64,000 bases of DNA, from the NCBI GenBank assembly GCA_965113315.1, contig OZ220368.1. One strand, written 5' to 3'. Shown here in pieces: positions 39,621-52,147 of the stretch. The stretch is from Podarcis vaucheri (Eukaryota). How positions within the stretch are numbered: position 1 is the first letter of the stretch; the number at the start of each line of letters is the position of its first letter. Both the position numbers and the translations under genes were made by a program. The notes beneath the pieces are model-generated. The model saw nothing but the letters and a program-made list of their open reading frames with translations. It had not been told where the DNA came from and made no database searches.

Positions 39621-39741
39621 ATGAGTTTTTGCAACTGCACGGTTTCCTCACATTTCCTTTTCTTGTATTTGATACACCTGTTTCAGTTCTCCTGGGACCT
39701 TTATCTGATTATCACCTTAATGGTGGGAGGCTTTCTACTTG
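39621..39741 (+). CDS. GPR139/GPR142-like orphan GPCR, coding exon 1
   Basis: MSFCNCTVSSHFLFLYLIHLFQFSWDLYLIITLMVGGFLL with an N-glycosylation sequon (NCT) and the first half of TM1; phase-1 donor G|GTGCGT joins in frame to 41740. Confidence 0.7.
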
Positions 39742-40978
39742 GTGCGTAGTTCTTCTATATTGGGAAGATTGGTGTGTTTGGCTTTCCAAACAGAAGAACA
39801 TTTCAGGTGTTGGTGTCAAGTGGCATTTGGCATTTTCTGAGTTAAATTTTTCCTTCCTCGTGAGCCATAAAACTGAAATACAAAAAGCAAATTCTTGTCA
39901 TATGAAAGGCAATCAAAGTTGCAATAGCAAGAAACATGTTAAAGAGTAAAATCGGAGACAAGTGGGGCAAATTTAAAACAAAATAAGGCTAAAATTCAAT
40001 CATGAACCTAGAGCAGCATCCATCCTTTTTTTGCCTGCTCTAGAGAATTTACGCATATATCCATGACCTTATTCTACCACTTTAGTTGATCATGTTTAAT
40101 TTTGTGCTCATAATCTTGTCTCTGTGCATATCCTCTCCTTTCATAACTAACCTGATAATAATTAACCTGAGTTTTGTAGGTGCTAAATTAAATTAAGTTA
40201 CTGATTATTTAAACATAGCAATTAGGAAGATAAACACAGGACAGTCCTGCCATAAGGAAATACTGGACTGTTTTAACACTAGCGGACAAGACATTTGCTA
40301 GAGAACTGGATTTCAGAATGCCGTCAGAACATTGGATGGTAACACTAAATAAAGTGTTCTATCCGCTTCTCGCAATAATCGGGATCCCATGTAAGTATGC
40401 TGGACATAAGCAGCAATTAGAAATGTCTTACCATATTGGGCTGTCTTCCTGAGCAAGGGATACAACCACAGAAGCAACAAAGATTTAATGTCTGGTAGAG
40501 CAACAGTCAGCGATGCCGAGGGGCGGGCTTCTCACTGAAAGGGGAGAAGAAGAATACAGTTTTGAATGAGGAGAGAAAAACAGTCCTTAAAGCTGAGTGG
40601 TGCTTTAGAAGCTGCTCTCCTCTTGTGTCCTTGGGATTTCTGACAGCCTGTATAATGTCTGCAAGTGATGCTCATGCAGTTCTTCCATGTTCTGACAGCC
40701 ATTAGAGATGTTTACAAATCAGTATTCCAGCTGAGCCTGTTTTGAGCTTATTTCTCGGTTATCTTCAGCTGACATAGCATGACTTGCTACCGTCTTGAAA
40801 TTTACTTCAAATGTGTTTACACTGATAGCATTGGAATCATTTAAAAATAATATGAGAGAAGCAGTCATAGATGTTTTAGGATGCTGAATGATAATCGAAA
40901 TAACTCTTCTTCCCAATTTGCAGGGGATAGAACAGGGTAGAATTTAGCTCCTGAAGGACCACCAATGGCCTGAGAAAA

Positions 40979-41123
40979 TTCCGTTGACTTACTCCACAGT
41001 TGTAGTGTCAGAATACCTTGTGTGAGTACATTGGCAGAAATGCACTTTTATATTCTGACTCTACATCTGTGGAGTAAGTCAACAGAATTTTATATTCCGA
41101 CTCTACGGTTGTGGAGAACTTAG
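40979..41123. repeat. 37-bp inverted repeat plus a partial third copy (probable old DNA-transposon remnant)
   Basis: 40979-41015 and 41051-41087 are reverse-complementary with 3 mismatches. Confidence 0.7.
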
Positions 41124-41739
41124 TGAAAAGCTTACCCGGTTGGATGCCAAATGCTGGATACAACCCCTTAACATAGTGCCATGAAAGAGGAAGCTCTATT
41201 AGCTTTATTTTCTCTTGGAACCTGATCCTTGGTTGCCAGCTGAGCAATAGTTTACCCAACATGTACGATGCAGTAATAATTGCAGTGGGGAAGCCAATTG
41301 AGTGAGCTGATTTGACAGTGTTTCCAAATATTTGAATTGCTCAGGGAGAAGGAAACCGCAATGGAATGTTTGTAGCTCAACATCTATGAGAGAGGAGAAT
41401 GTCGTATATTTGGGATCCATACTTCATACAGATTTTGGGGAGGTATGTGGAGAGTAAACGGGCTGCTAAACTGAGACGAGGTCCCTCAGTTGAGGTGAAG
41501 GGTAGCTGAAGGAATAAACAGAACAAGCAGGTATAAGGGTTAGCGGAGGAAACAGGTCTAGGGAACAGCAGAGTTGAGGGTACACAAGAAGACAAAAGTG
41601 TTGTGAAAATACAGGGCCAAGGCACAAAGCGGGTGGGGTCAGGGCTACACTGACATGTATTAGGCATACAGTTTACAGGCTTCCAGGTACGGAATTTGGT
41701 CCTGGTTCTTGGGTTACATGGTCTTGTTTTTCATTGCAG

Positions 41740-42665
41740 CAAATATTATGACATTGTTCATCTTGTGGCGAAAGAACTGTCGTATTGCCCCTTCCAGTCG
41801 GTACCACCTCATGGCCATGTCCTTCTCGGACACAGTGGTCCTTGTTCTTTTTGTCCTCCTTGAGATGGTCACAGAACATTTCAGTGAAAGACCATTCTGG
41901 TACAGTGACCCCTGGTGTACCCTGCGGGATGTTTTCTGTTACGGTGCAGTCAACACTTCTGTCTGGCTGGTGGTCTCCTTCACCACTGAGCGCTTTATCA
42001 CTATCAACACCTTCAGGCTAAAGATGAGAATCTGTTCTGCCAGGAACACACTGTATGCTATTGGTGTGATCCATGTCTGCAGCTACATTGTGGCCATCCC
42101 CCATTACTGGTCAAACTATTCGGCAGTGGAGAATGCTACAGGACTTTCTATCTGCAAGTATAACCCTAAGCTCTCCAGAACATACGTTGAAGCGCTTGTG
42201 TGGTTTCAGACTTCTCTGCTCTATATTATCCCATACACCATCATCTTCACCTTGAACAGCCTCATTCTAAGACAGATAATGCGCCATAACAAGGTGCACT
42301 GTCTCTCTCGAGAGGTGTTGCATAGAACCCCACCTAAAACTCACTTAGGGAAACCAAAAAAGAAGTCCGTTATCCTCCTGGTGACAGTTTCAATGACATT
42401 TGCCTATCTCTGTACCACAAGGTTTGTTACCCAAATCATCATCAAGACCTGCTACTATGACATAGAAAGGAAAGATTACTCCAAGACCATAAACATTGTG
42501 GCAGACATAGGGACCATGCTGGAAATGACCAACACTGCTGCCAATATGTATCTCTATGCCTGCACCCAATCTGCCTTCCGAAGGGAGCTTATCCGGTATC
42601 TGAAGATCATCGTGCATCCTTGGCAAGCAAAAAGAAAAACCCTACCTGTTGTTTTCCAGGCATAG
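41740..42665 (+). CDS. GPR139/GPR142-like orphan class A GPCR, exon 2 (end of TM1 to C-terminus)
   Basis: ANIMTL (N1.50), SFSD (D2.50), [44 protein letters not shown]; acceptor TTTTTCATTGCAG; uninterrupted frame. Confidence 0.9.
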
Positions 42666-44553
42666 ACATAGAACAACATACCATCCAACAGAGATGTTCG
42701 GATACATCTGTTTTGCAGCTGAGTCCGGCCACCTGAACTCTGCCTTTAGTGCTCTTGCAAGTGGGAAAATGCAAGTGGTTCCATGTCCCAATGGCTCACA
42801 GCTTCAGCCTACCTGGATGCCTGCTTTTCAGTGACAGCAGCAAAGGCACCCAAATGGATGAGTTTCTCCCATGATTTTGAAAGAATTTGCTGGACCATTA
42901 CCAATCCACTGATATATATATTTTCACACTGCCTCCCATTATTTAAAGAGCCTCTGTACGTACACACACAAGCACCACATGTACCAGCACCCTCTGCTTC
43001 ATTTGATCACCAACCTCCTCCTCTTTCAGGCAGAGAGAAGGGTCTTTCTTTGTGAACCGCCCTGAGATCTTTTGATGAATGGCGGTATATACGATAAATG
43101 GAATAAATAATAACATCAACAACAACAGTACCATTGTTACAGTAAGTGCACTTTTAACATTTGTGGGGGGCGGGGAGTGCTGGTTCTGCATACCCTTGCG
43201 TACCCCCAGAAAAGAAGCACTGAATAATAACTGTAATTGTGCATTCTGTATAGCTGAAGCCCAGCCTAAAATAGCAACAGCCCACTGCCTGAAGTAGCGG
43301 AAGCCAATAGCGCTGACTTTGCTTCTTGTAGAGAAATCTGTTTCTTCCTCCCACACACTACTAATAACCCTTACTTTTGCTCAATAATGTGTACCTTTCT
43401 GAATATAGCAGAATTCTACTGCTTAGTTCTGCTTTGCCTTGGTGTCAAATTGTGTACGGTAAAACGCTTGTCCAAACTTGTAGTTGGTTGGACATCTGTA
43501 TCATTTCAGAGCCACAATACAGATCTAAACAGCACAGCCCTGACACTGGAAGCAGAAATCATGGATTAAATGGCCGCCTCTCTGCCCTTGTACTTGATTC
43601 CTGTGAGATTTAACACCCACATGCTTTATTAATGCTGAACAAACATACAGGGAAGCAGGGAGGGAAATATATTTGTACTATCAGTTCCCCATACATTTAA
43701 TTTCCTGTAAGACTGCCGTTCTTTCCTCTGTTGCCAAGAATATGCTTGCTGGGAAACATGAAGGAAAAGATGGTTATTGGCATTGTGAAACGAATGAAGA
43801 AGGGGTGTTGCTAGAGACTTCAAAGAACCTGGCACAATTTGTAAACAGGGATGCGAACTTAGGCTGAATTTCAGGGAGGGCAGGGGATGACAGATGCTGG
43901 TTCTCATCCTGAACTATGGGACATGAACAGGATTTTCTGCTCCCAGTACGTGGATTGGGACCTCTGCAAATTAAAGTGGTTAGTGGCTGAGTTCTCACTG
44001 GCACTGAACTTTGCAGCATGCCCAGCAGCTCTGTAAAGTATTTTAAAATATATATCAATAAACAACATGTTTTTAAAAGGCAGCAAAAGTTCTGGGGCCT
44101 GGTGCAAGAGATCTAGAGGCAGGGGTTTTTTGGCAACAACATCCCTGAAGACATGTTCATTGTATGTATATCTTATGCCTGAAACAGCTGCTTTGCTCTT
44201 GCACAAAACAGCTGTATCAAAAATACAGCAGGAGTGCGGTGAGAGGGACCACCCACTGAAACATCACCAGACACATGACAAACCATCAACCCGCCCCCCA
44301 AATGTGCTAAAGGTTTTCCCACCAGCAGCTACTGCAGATGTATCACAGAATATTTTTGCTTAACAGTTTTTCTGTAGTAAATGGAAATCTGAATTAAGAG
44401 CACTGTTGCCAGTCAGTTTAAACAACACTTACCTAGATGGACCAGTGACTAGATGGACCAGGGACTAGGCATAAAGCTTACTCTGATGGGCCATTGGTTG
44501 TTAACAAGTAGACAAAAACCCAAAAGGTCTCTCTCTCTTCATTTGGTACAACC

Positions 44554-44784
44554 TAGGGTTGGCATACATCCGGAATTTCCTTGACATAGCTGGAATACTG
44601 CAGTCGGAAGCAGTGTACAGGCGGAAATCGCTAAAAATGTCTGGGAAAATCTGAATGCATGGCAACTCACGTTGACAGTGTCATTTTTGGTGATTTCCCT
44701 TTAAAATAGCTCAAAAACATCTCTCTCTTTTTTTGCAATTTTACACTTTTGTGCCCAGATTTGCACCGGATATGGGGACCCTAG
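44554..44784. mobile_element. Degenerate MITE with TAGGGTTGGCAT-type termini
   Basis: TAGGGTTGGCATACATCCGG ... CCGGATATGGGGACCCTA; no clean TSD. Confidence 0.5.
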
Positions 44785-45724
44785 CACTACCTGTTTTGTT
44801 TTATTTTGTTTATTTCTTAAATGTATACACCACGTTTTCCTGCAAGGAGCCCAAGGTGGCTTATATGGTTCTCTCCTCCCCATTTAATCCTCACAGCAAC
44901 CCTGTGAGGTAGGTTAGGCTGAGAGACAGTGACTGGCCCAAGGTCGCCTAGGGAGCTTCATGGCATATAGCAATATAGTTGGGAAGGAACTTAATTTAAA
45001 AGAGAGAGAGATTTTTTCAAAACAACCCATTGCAGCGGGGGGGGGGGCAGGGGGACAATAACCAACAACCACTTGCTTAGCCATCTAGAAAATGCACCAG
45101 ATTATCTTGCATTCCCTAACATAACTTACTCCTGAAGGTCAGGCCTGTAAATGGAGGAGCCTAGAATGTGCCCCCTGGCCATGGCTTTCTCTGGATTAGT
45201 GGACAATGTGATGCCTAGGATTCCCTAGTCTTCTTCCTCTTTACCTTGTGCTCATTCATTTTATTCTCCTGACTGCACTCCTAGACAGGCTGGGGAGCTT
45301 GAATAATGGATAGGGGTAAGGTCAGCTGTAACCTGATTCAAGGGTGTTGCATTCCTCCAGAGTCTCCTTCCAGCTTTCATCTTATCTGCTCTTATCCCTA
45401 CTTTTGTGGGATCAGGTTAGTCTATTGTCTTTGTGAGTTCTAGTGAAGGAGCAGACTGAGGGCTTGGGGCTGCAACATGATGCTGCCTCTAAACCGTCAC
45501 TCAAACTGCTCCTGTGATGCATACCAAAACAGCCCTGGAGGCTGGAGAATTCCTGGAGGCTGCCAAACTGCATTTCTTAACATTCCTGGCAGCAACACCC
45601 AATGGGAAAAATTGAAGTTCAGGAGCTCATCATGGCAGCTTCATAGCTGCACTTCAAAGGTAAGTCCCAAAATGCAAGCAAGATCCACTCATGCATGCAT
45701 GCATATAAATCACAAATAAACAAT

Positions 45725-46150
45725 TTATTATTAATAATAATAATAATTTATAATTTATATCCCACCCATCTGGCTAGGTTTCCCCAGCCACTCTAGGTGG
45801 CTCCCAACAGAATATTAAAACATGATAAAGCATCAAACATTAAAAGCTTCCCTAAACAGGGCTGCCTTCAGATGCCTTCTAAAAGTCCGATACAGTAGTT
45901 TATTTCCTTGACATCTGATGGGAGGGCGTTCCACAGGGTGGGTGCCACTACCAAGAAGGCCCTCTGCCTGGTTCCCTCACAGCAAGGGAACTGCCAGAAG
46001 GCCCTCAGTGCTGGACCTCAGTGTCCGCGCTGAACGATGGGGGTGGAGACGCCCCTTCAGGTATACTGGGCTGAGGCTGTGTAGGGCTTTAAAGGTCAGC
46101 ACATTTTGAATTGTGCTCGGAAATGTACTGGGAGCCAATGTAGGTCTTTA
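45725..46150 (-). mobile_element. L2 LINE 3' fragment
   Basis: Minus strand LHWLPVHFRAQFK plus an L2-type tail ending in (ATT)n. Confidence 0.8.
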
Positions 46151-46177
46151 GAGACTTGAGACAGCCATGCTGAAATC

Positions 46178-46546
46178 CAGGAGTCAGCAAACTTACCACA
46201 CCTCAGGCCAGTGTCTACAGCACCAGTTGTGTGGCAGGTCAGAGGGCGGGGGCGCGTGTGCCCATATACGTGCGCACACACTATTTCTAGCACACTTCTG
46301 GGGTGGAGGAGCACCAGAAATAGCTTGTGCGCATGTGCACGGGCCTCCTCCGACCTGGATGTGCACCAGAAATAACGCTTGCGCATGTGCACAAGCTATT
46401 TCTGGTGCTCTTCCGACCCAGAAGTGGGCAGCCACGCAGCACAGCACCAGTAAGAAAGGGCGGCAGGTGGTGGGGGTTGCCACGAGCTATATAAATGAGT
46501 CCCTCGGGCCTTATTCAGCCCGCGGGCCTTAGTTTGGGGACTCCTG
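46178..46546. mobile_element. hAT-type MITE with internal palindromic repeats
   Basis: Termini CAGGAGTCAGCAAACT / AGTTTGGGGACTCCTG; no TSD recovered. Confidence 0.6.
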
Positions 46547-46569
46547 TCAGCATCACTACTTGGCGTTAG

Positions 46570-46692
46570 AATCAGTTGGTTAGAGTGTGGTGGTGGTGGT
46601 AATGCCAAGGTTGCAGACTTGATCCCCATAAAGGACAGTTGTGTGGCATTGCATGGGGTTGGACGAGGGTTCCTTCCAACTCTATGATTCTA
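46570..46692 (+). mobile_element. SINE with tRNA-like head and CR1-type 3' tail
   Basis: TCAGTTGGTTAGAG...GCCAAGGTTGCAG head; CCTTCCAACTCTATGATTCTA tail. Confidence 0.6.
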
Positions 46693-48604
46693 AGAAGTGG
46701 GTCTGCACCTTCACCAAGGCTGAATAATTTTGTACTGGCAGCGTCCAGCAGGGAGGGGTGCAGCGCAACCACATGGACAGAGCACTAAAAGAGCTCCACC
46801 AGTGTATCTGGTCACCATTCCCTCCACCTTGCCCCTCCTGGTAAGCAGCAGAAACTGCTGCAGGGAGACCAGGTGCGTGGCAGGGCTCCTCCAGACCAGG
46901 CGCTGCTTGTTTCTGCAGTTTCTGATAGACCCTGCATGAAGCATGCCTGCACATCCTCCGTGAGTTCAGTTTGGCAGTTTGGAGGAGACCTGGAGAAGTT
47001 GGAAGCAAATGTTATCCATGCAAACCAGAAGATTATAATAATGCGGTTCTGCTGCATTGCACTGGTGACAAAGCATTTGAGCAGTGCCAGCCCGTGAAGC
47101 CATTGCCTCAGGACTGCAGGCTCCAGATAACTGGGAGAGGTGGCAGCTCCATCTGCTGCACATATCAGCCACCTCCTCCTCTGCACACGCACCCTTATCT
47201 GCACACCCACCACTGCTTCCTCCCTTGAGTATCCACTGCAGTTGGCAGGTGGTTGTGGTGGCTGGTGCACAGCAAAGGAGGAGGTGGTGGCTGTGAGGGG
47301 GCACATTTTCCTCCAGCAGCAACAGCTTGTCCTGTATTCCAATCTTACAAGCATCGCTGGCAAAATACTGTTCCAGAAGATGGCGCCATTGCTCCTACTA
47401 TGAAAAATAGAATTTCATCTCACTGAGGGATTTCCCTTCCTCAGTGACAACTCTGCATGGCTTTCTATGTCTTTTACTTTACCGTATATTGTTGGGCAGG
47501 CATGGAGGAGGAGCCTGGGTACTGTGGGACTCAAGGACCCCAAATTTGTTAGGCCACTCCATCCCCTGTGCCAATCTAATTAAGAGCCAAACAAATGCAA
47601 GTTGTGGGATACTGTTGGTTACTCCTGGGATCTCTTAAAGATCACTCCACTTTTCAGAGAATGCAAGTAGCCATAAAGCAACAGAGTCTGTGTGGAGTTG
47701 GGTCTCTGCATTACTGCTTCTCTCCCACTCGAGTACAGTCATTTAAAATATATTCCTTATCTGCGATGGTGCTTGCATGGAAGAATGGGGCAATAATCAA
47801 TCACTTGGGATTGACTTCGTTCTCCGACTGTTTCAGCTAAGTACATAGCAACCACTCTGTTAGCTGTGCAATATAGAACCACAACCCATTACTCAATCTT
47901 GCTTTGTGGCTGGAGCTGGAAGGAATACTCCTAAGTAGTCAGGGTCATTTGAACATGTTTTAAAAACGAGGCAGGTAATATATAGAGTGCATATGTTAAG
48001 TGACTGTGCAGCTTAAGTGACTTTTCATGCATTCACCAATCTATCCATTTGTCTGCCTGGCTCCAGGCGAGTTTAGTCTATAATCTGAGGTGACATTTGC
48101 AAGCTTCTCTTTGCAACCAGCAGGAAGAAAACCCTGTTTAAAAGTCCTTTAGAGACATACAGGATTTCAGAAGCACTTGAGACTGGGACAGTTCAAGGCT
48201 GCCAACCTAGCCTGCTTAATTGTCTCTGAATATCTTTGGCCTTTCATTCTTGTCTGACGATCATAGGGCGTAAGCATTGTGGTGTTTTTCCAGGAGCTAG
48301 TGCTGTAAACTGATCCTTGCAATTTGGTTTTACAGTGACTCTGTTCACATAAAAGCAAGTGCTTCCTCTCAATTGTCCAGGCAACTGGGTCATGTGAAGC
48401 AGACAAGGCAGTTTCATTAGGCAACAGCAGATGGCCAGCTGGAAATGTTTAAGGGTAAGCCAGCCTCCTTGATATCTATGAATTGCCTTTCTAATAATGG
48501 CTTTGTGTTTGCATGCATTTTAATAGATTTATATTTTGGTTTTTAAAACCACACAAGTGGGGGACAGTGATCACATTTGATTTCTGGCATGTTTGTGAAG
48601 ATTA

Positions 48605-48773
48605 CCGTATTTTTTGCACCATAACACTCACTTTTTTCCTCCTAGAAAGTAAGGGGAAATGTCTGTGCGTGTTATGGAGGAAATGCCTACGGGTGGCATG
48701 CCTACGGATTTTCCTCCTCTAAAAACTACGTGCGTGTTATGGTCGGGTGCGTGTTATAGAGCGAAAAATACGG
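48605..48773. mobile_element. Tc1/mariner (Tc2/pogo-like) MITE
   Basis: TA|CCGTATTTTT ... AAAAATACGG|TA. Confidence 0.8.
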
Positions 48774-51729
48774 TAAATACTCACTGTTTCAGAAATTAAA
48801 GCAAAGATTCCCCTTCTTTCTATTGTTTTGTTGAGTACAGTTAGGGAGACTGGAAATACAAACAACTGTCATCTCAGTGACATTTGACTTTAAACACCCA
48901 CCTAGTTTAAGGGAAGTTTATTTCAACAAAAGCTGCATGGCCGGAAAGATCTGCGGCACTAACACACTAACACCACAGTCATTGAACAGCGCCACTTGCT
49001 TCTGTACTGCAAAAGAAAGGAAGTTCCACTTCTCAGGCCTGTAATATCACGAAAGGAAGGGGCGGAGGTGAGTCTAAAATAATCCATGTCAGGAAGTTTA
49101 ATACAGGACACAGCAAGAGATCAGCCCTGCAGGCATTCCAAAACAAGATGCTGACAAGCCCTTTCCAGGTAAGTTACAATTTCATTCAAGAGAAGCAACA
49201 AGGACTCGTGTGGCACATTAAAGACCAACAGATCTACTATGGCATAAATTTTGTGAACTGCAGCCCAATTCCTCAGAGTCATGAAGTGTTCTGCTAGGTT
49301 CCAGGAGACTAACAACAGCTTCCCCCTGGAAACGATTCAACAAAAGGGGATGCAACACAGAAATAAGACTCAACATGCAACTCCATCACTTTTGGGGGTT
49401 TTTTTGAAACCAGTTAAGGTATTTGCCAGGTTACAAAGCAGCACCAGCTGTCACAAGAAGTCTGATTTTTTGCAACATAGATCAAATGCCACACACACAC
49501 AAAGAGAACAAAAAACCTTTAAACCCTGTCTCCGAATCTCTGGCTAGGAAATACATTTTTTATGTCAGTAGGGTTTTTTTTCCCCTGCTAAGTGTATTCT
49601 CAATCATTTAAACTTTTTCAAGGCATATTTCCTGTATTTTTCTTGTTGCTGTGTGTGTGTGTGTGTATGTGTGCGTATGTGTATATATAAAATATATAAT
49701 TGTGTTGTGCTTTTAAGTAGTTGTTAATTGCCCCAAGTGGTGCATAGACACCAGAAGGGTGGCACAGAGCTCTTAAACAATATATACAATAATTAAAAAG
49801 CTGTGGCAGGCATTGCTGGTTTGCAAAAAGCTGGTTTGTTCTGTGGCTCTGAATTATGAAGGATGCCTGATTCTGTCAGGAAGATGATGAAGTAGATTCT
49901 TTATTCATCCTGATACCTCCAAACTACAGTGTGAAAGAGAAGAGTTTAAGCCCAACTGGGTCAATGTTGCTGGTGATGAGCACGCAGTGTGCACATGGGA
50001 CTCAAGCAGGATTTTGCATGATGTGGTGTTTATTTGTCACTGGGCTGCACTTCCTTGATTGTCAAGCCGTTTAAAAAAAACAAGCACACTTGATATCATT
50101 TGCTCTTACGCTGTCCCTCGTTCTGACTGTTGTTCTTGCCAGTCTCTACATTATGTTCATGATTCCGTGATGAAAATCGCCTCACTTCTTACCTCCGCTG
50201 TGCTTGACTGGACAGCTGCCTCCTTTGAAACAAACTTCCCCACCCATGCTTTGTACCTAATTCAGTTTACTGAAGGTGCACTCAGTGATATAACCGATAA
50301 GAGGGTGCAAATGCGTATTTGCAGAAAAGATTTTCCAGGTCTCTGACGCAAATTCACAGCAACCCGTGTGCAGTTTTTGCCATGGCTTGTCAAACAATCC
50401 TGAGCCTTCTTTCAATTTTAACAATTGCTACATTGCTCTATGCTATAGACTTGATCTGGTTAGAGATATTCCGCTGAATAACTGAGCACAGGACATAATG
50501 GCTTCCTCAACTGCATCAGATGGCTGGATGAACACAATGTGCGGGGGGGGGGTGTTGTCAGCCCTCTCAGCTCCCCTAGGCAGAATTTGGTGAAGGGTTG
50601 GGGTGGAGCTAGTGAGCAGAGTTGTTTCTGAAGGCACATAAAAAGTAAAGGCAGCAGCGTTGGTCCATGTGGGGGGGGGGGAGCGGACCCATGCATGTAG
50701 CCAAGGGGGGCAGGAGGGCAGCTGCCTCCCATCAAGTAAAACAATAGAAATACTTAACTGACCAATCACTTCTGTTCTGCCCCCCAACAAAAGTCCTGCC
50801 CCCCCAAAAAAACTTGGCTATGCTCATGAGGGGAACCCTCCAAAATCCACAGCTGAGCAGTACCTTTATTAAAGCAAACTGTCATGAAATAGTGGTATGT
50901 GGAGATGAGGACAAAGGAAAGAAGGAAGGAGTGCTTTTCAAAAAAAAAAAAAAAAAAACCACCTCAAATTTCCTGCTTTGTGCATGATGTTGCTTGGTGT
51001 TCTGGAGAACTTGAAGACATGCCACCATTTGAGGCATTTTGGTTGGTCCTTATAAAGGTCCTTGCCTATTTGTAGATTTTACAGCTCCTTTTGGTGGGTC
51101 TGAGGGCACAGCCCAATGAGTTTTGGTGAGCCTTGGAGGAGCATATTTGGGCAGCACTTTGGAGAATCCAGCACAAAAGGTGCATATTTACCATAAATGT
51201 ACATCTGTTTTTAAACACTGCTATAAAGCGGGGTGGGGAGGGGGACAGCCTTGTCCCCTCCTTTCCTAACAAATGGCCTCAAGCTGGTTGACAGGAGCTG
51301 GGGGGGCGGAGGGGGGGGGAAGAGCACAAAATACTTACTGTGCCAGTTTTTTTGTGGTTGCTTGGCAACTAATTCAGACGTTTGTTTTTCTGTTATATTG
51401 CTCACCTTTTGGATTATGTACGTAGGTAATTGGATCTCTTCACCACCACATGCTCCTCATTTATAACTTGATCTTGCTGGTTTTGCTGACATGACTCACA
51501 GGAAAGTCAATTTATGAATAGGCAGCGTTGAGGAAACTTTGAACTACAAGGTTACCCCATGTAGAACCAAGAGCCACCAAGCTGGAACAAGTACCTGGGA
51601 GATTACTCAGACCTACCCTAATCCTGTAGCTATGTCAAAGAGACAGTGCCAGAAGCTCTGCAGGAAGAGAGAAATAGAATTTTAAAAACCGCTTTCTTGG
51701 ATTTCCTCACCACCACCTAAGCTTCATAC

Positions 51730-52147
51730 TGTGGCACACCTCCTCCGTCTCTGAGTAGTGCAAGATTTCAGGGGTTCCAGACTCAAGGTTTGTGTTGCCT
51801 TTTGGGAGGCACAGCAGAAACTAGGGTGTCTTATGAAACATGGTTTATTTACACATTTCTCCTATAGCCACAGCCTTGGACTCTAGCAGAAATCAGCTGT
51901 GGCTTGCTCTCTGCCTTTCCAGCCTGCAGCTTTTTCTTCTAGGTCACATCACAGGGAAACTCTGTGCTCCAGCCCTGGCTTTGTCCTTCTAACTATCTAA
52001 GAGCTGAAAGGGAGCCCCCACCCATTTGCAGTCTGGCACAGAAGCCACCCTCCTTTGTTGTCTTAATGGCTCGTCACCCAGGCAATTACATCAACACAGG
52101 AAGCTAGCCTATTTGAAGAGTGGTCTGGCATCTCTGAACTCATAACA
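51730..52147 (-). mobile_element. Solo LTR (Gypsy-like)
   Basis: TG...CA termini, minus-strand AATAAA near the 3' end, 4-bp flanks ATAC/ATAG. Confidence 0.55.

Noticed and set aside
41709-41739. TTG/ATG start of the 318-aa GPCR ORF as listed in the track
   Set aside because: It falls in the polypyrimidine tract of the acceptor and would lack the N-terminus and half of TM1; the upstream exon fits better
46755-46790. REST/RE1-like GGACAG half-sites here and near 55290
   Set aside because: The 5' half-site TCAGCACC is poorly matched
46730-47403. Cluster of ORFs up to 183 aa in a GC-elevated block, a possible pseudogene or TE fragment
   Set aside because: No protein family or splice structure recognised; needs a tBLASTx search
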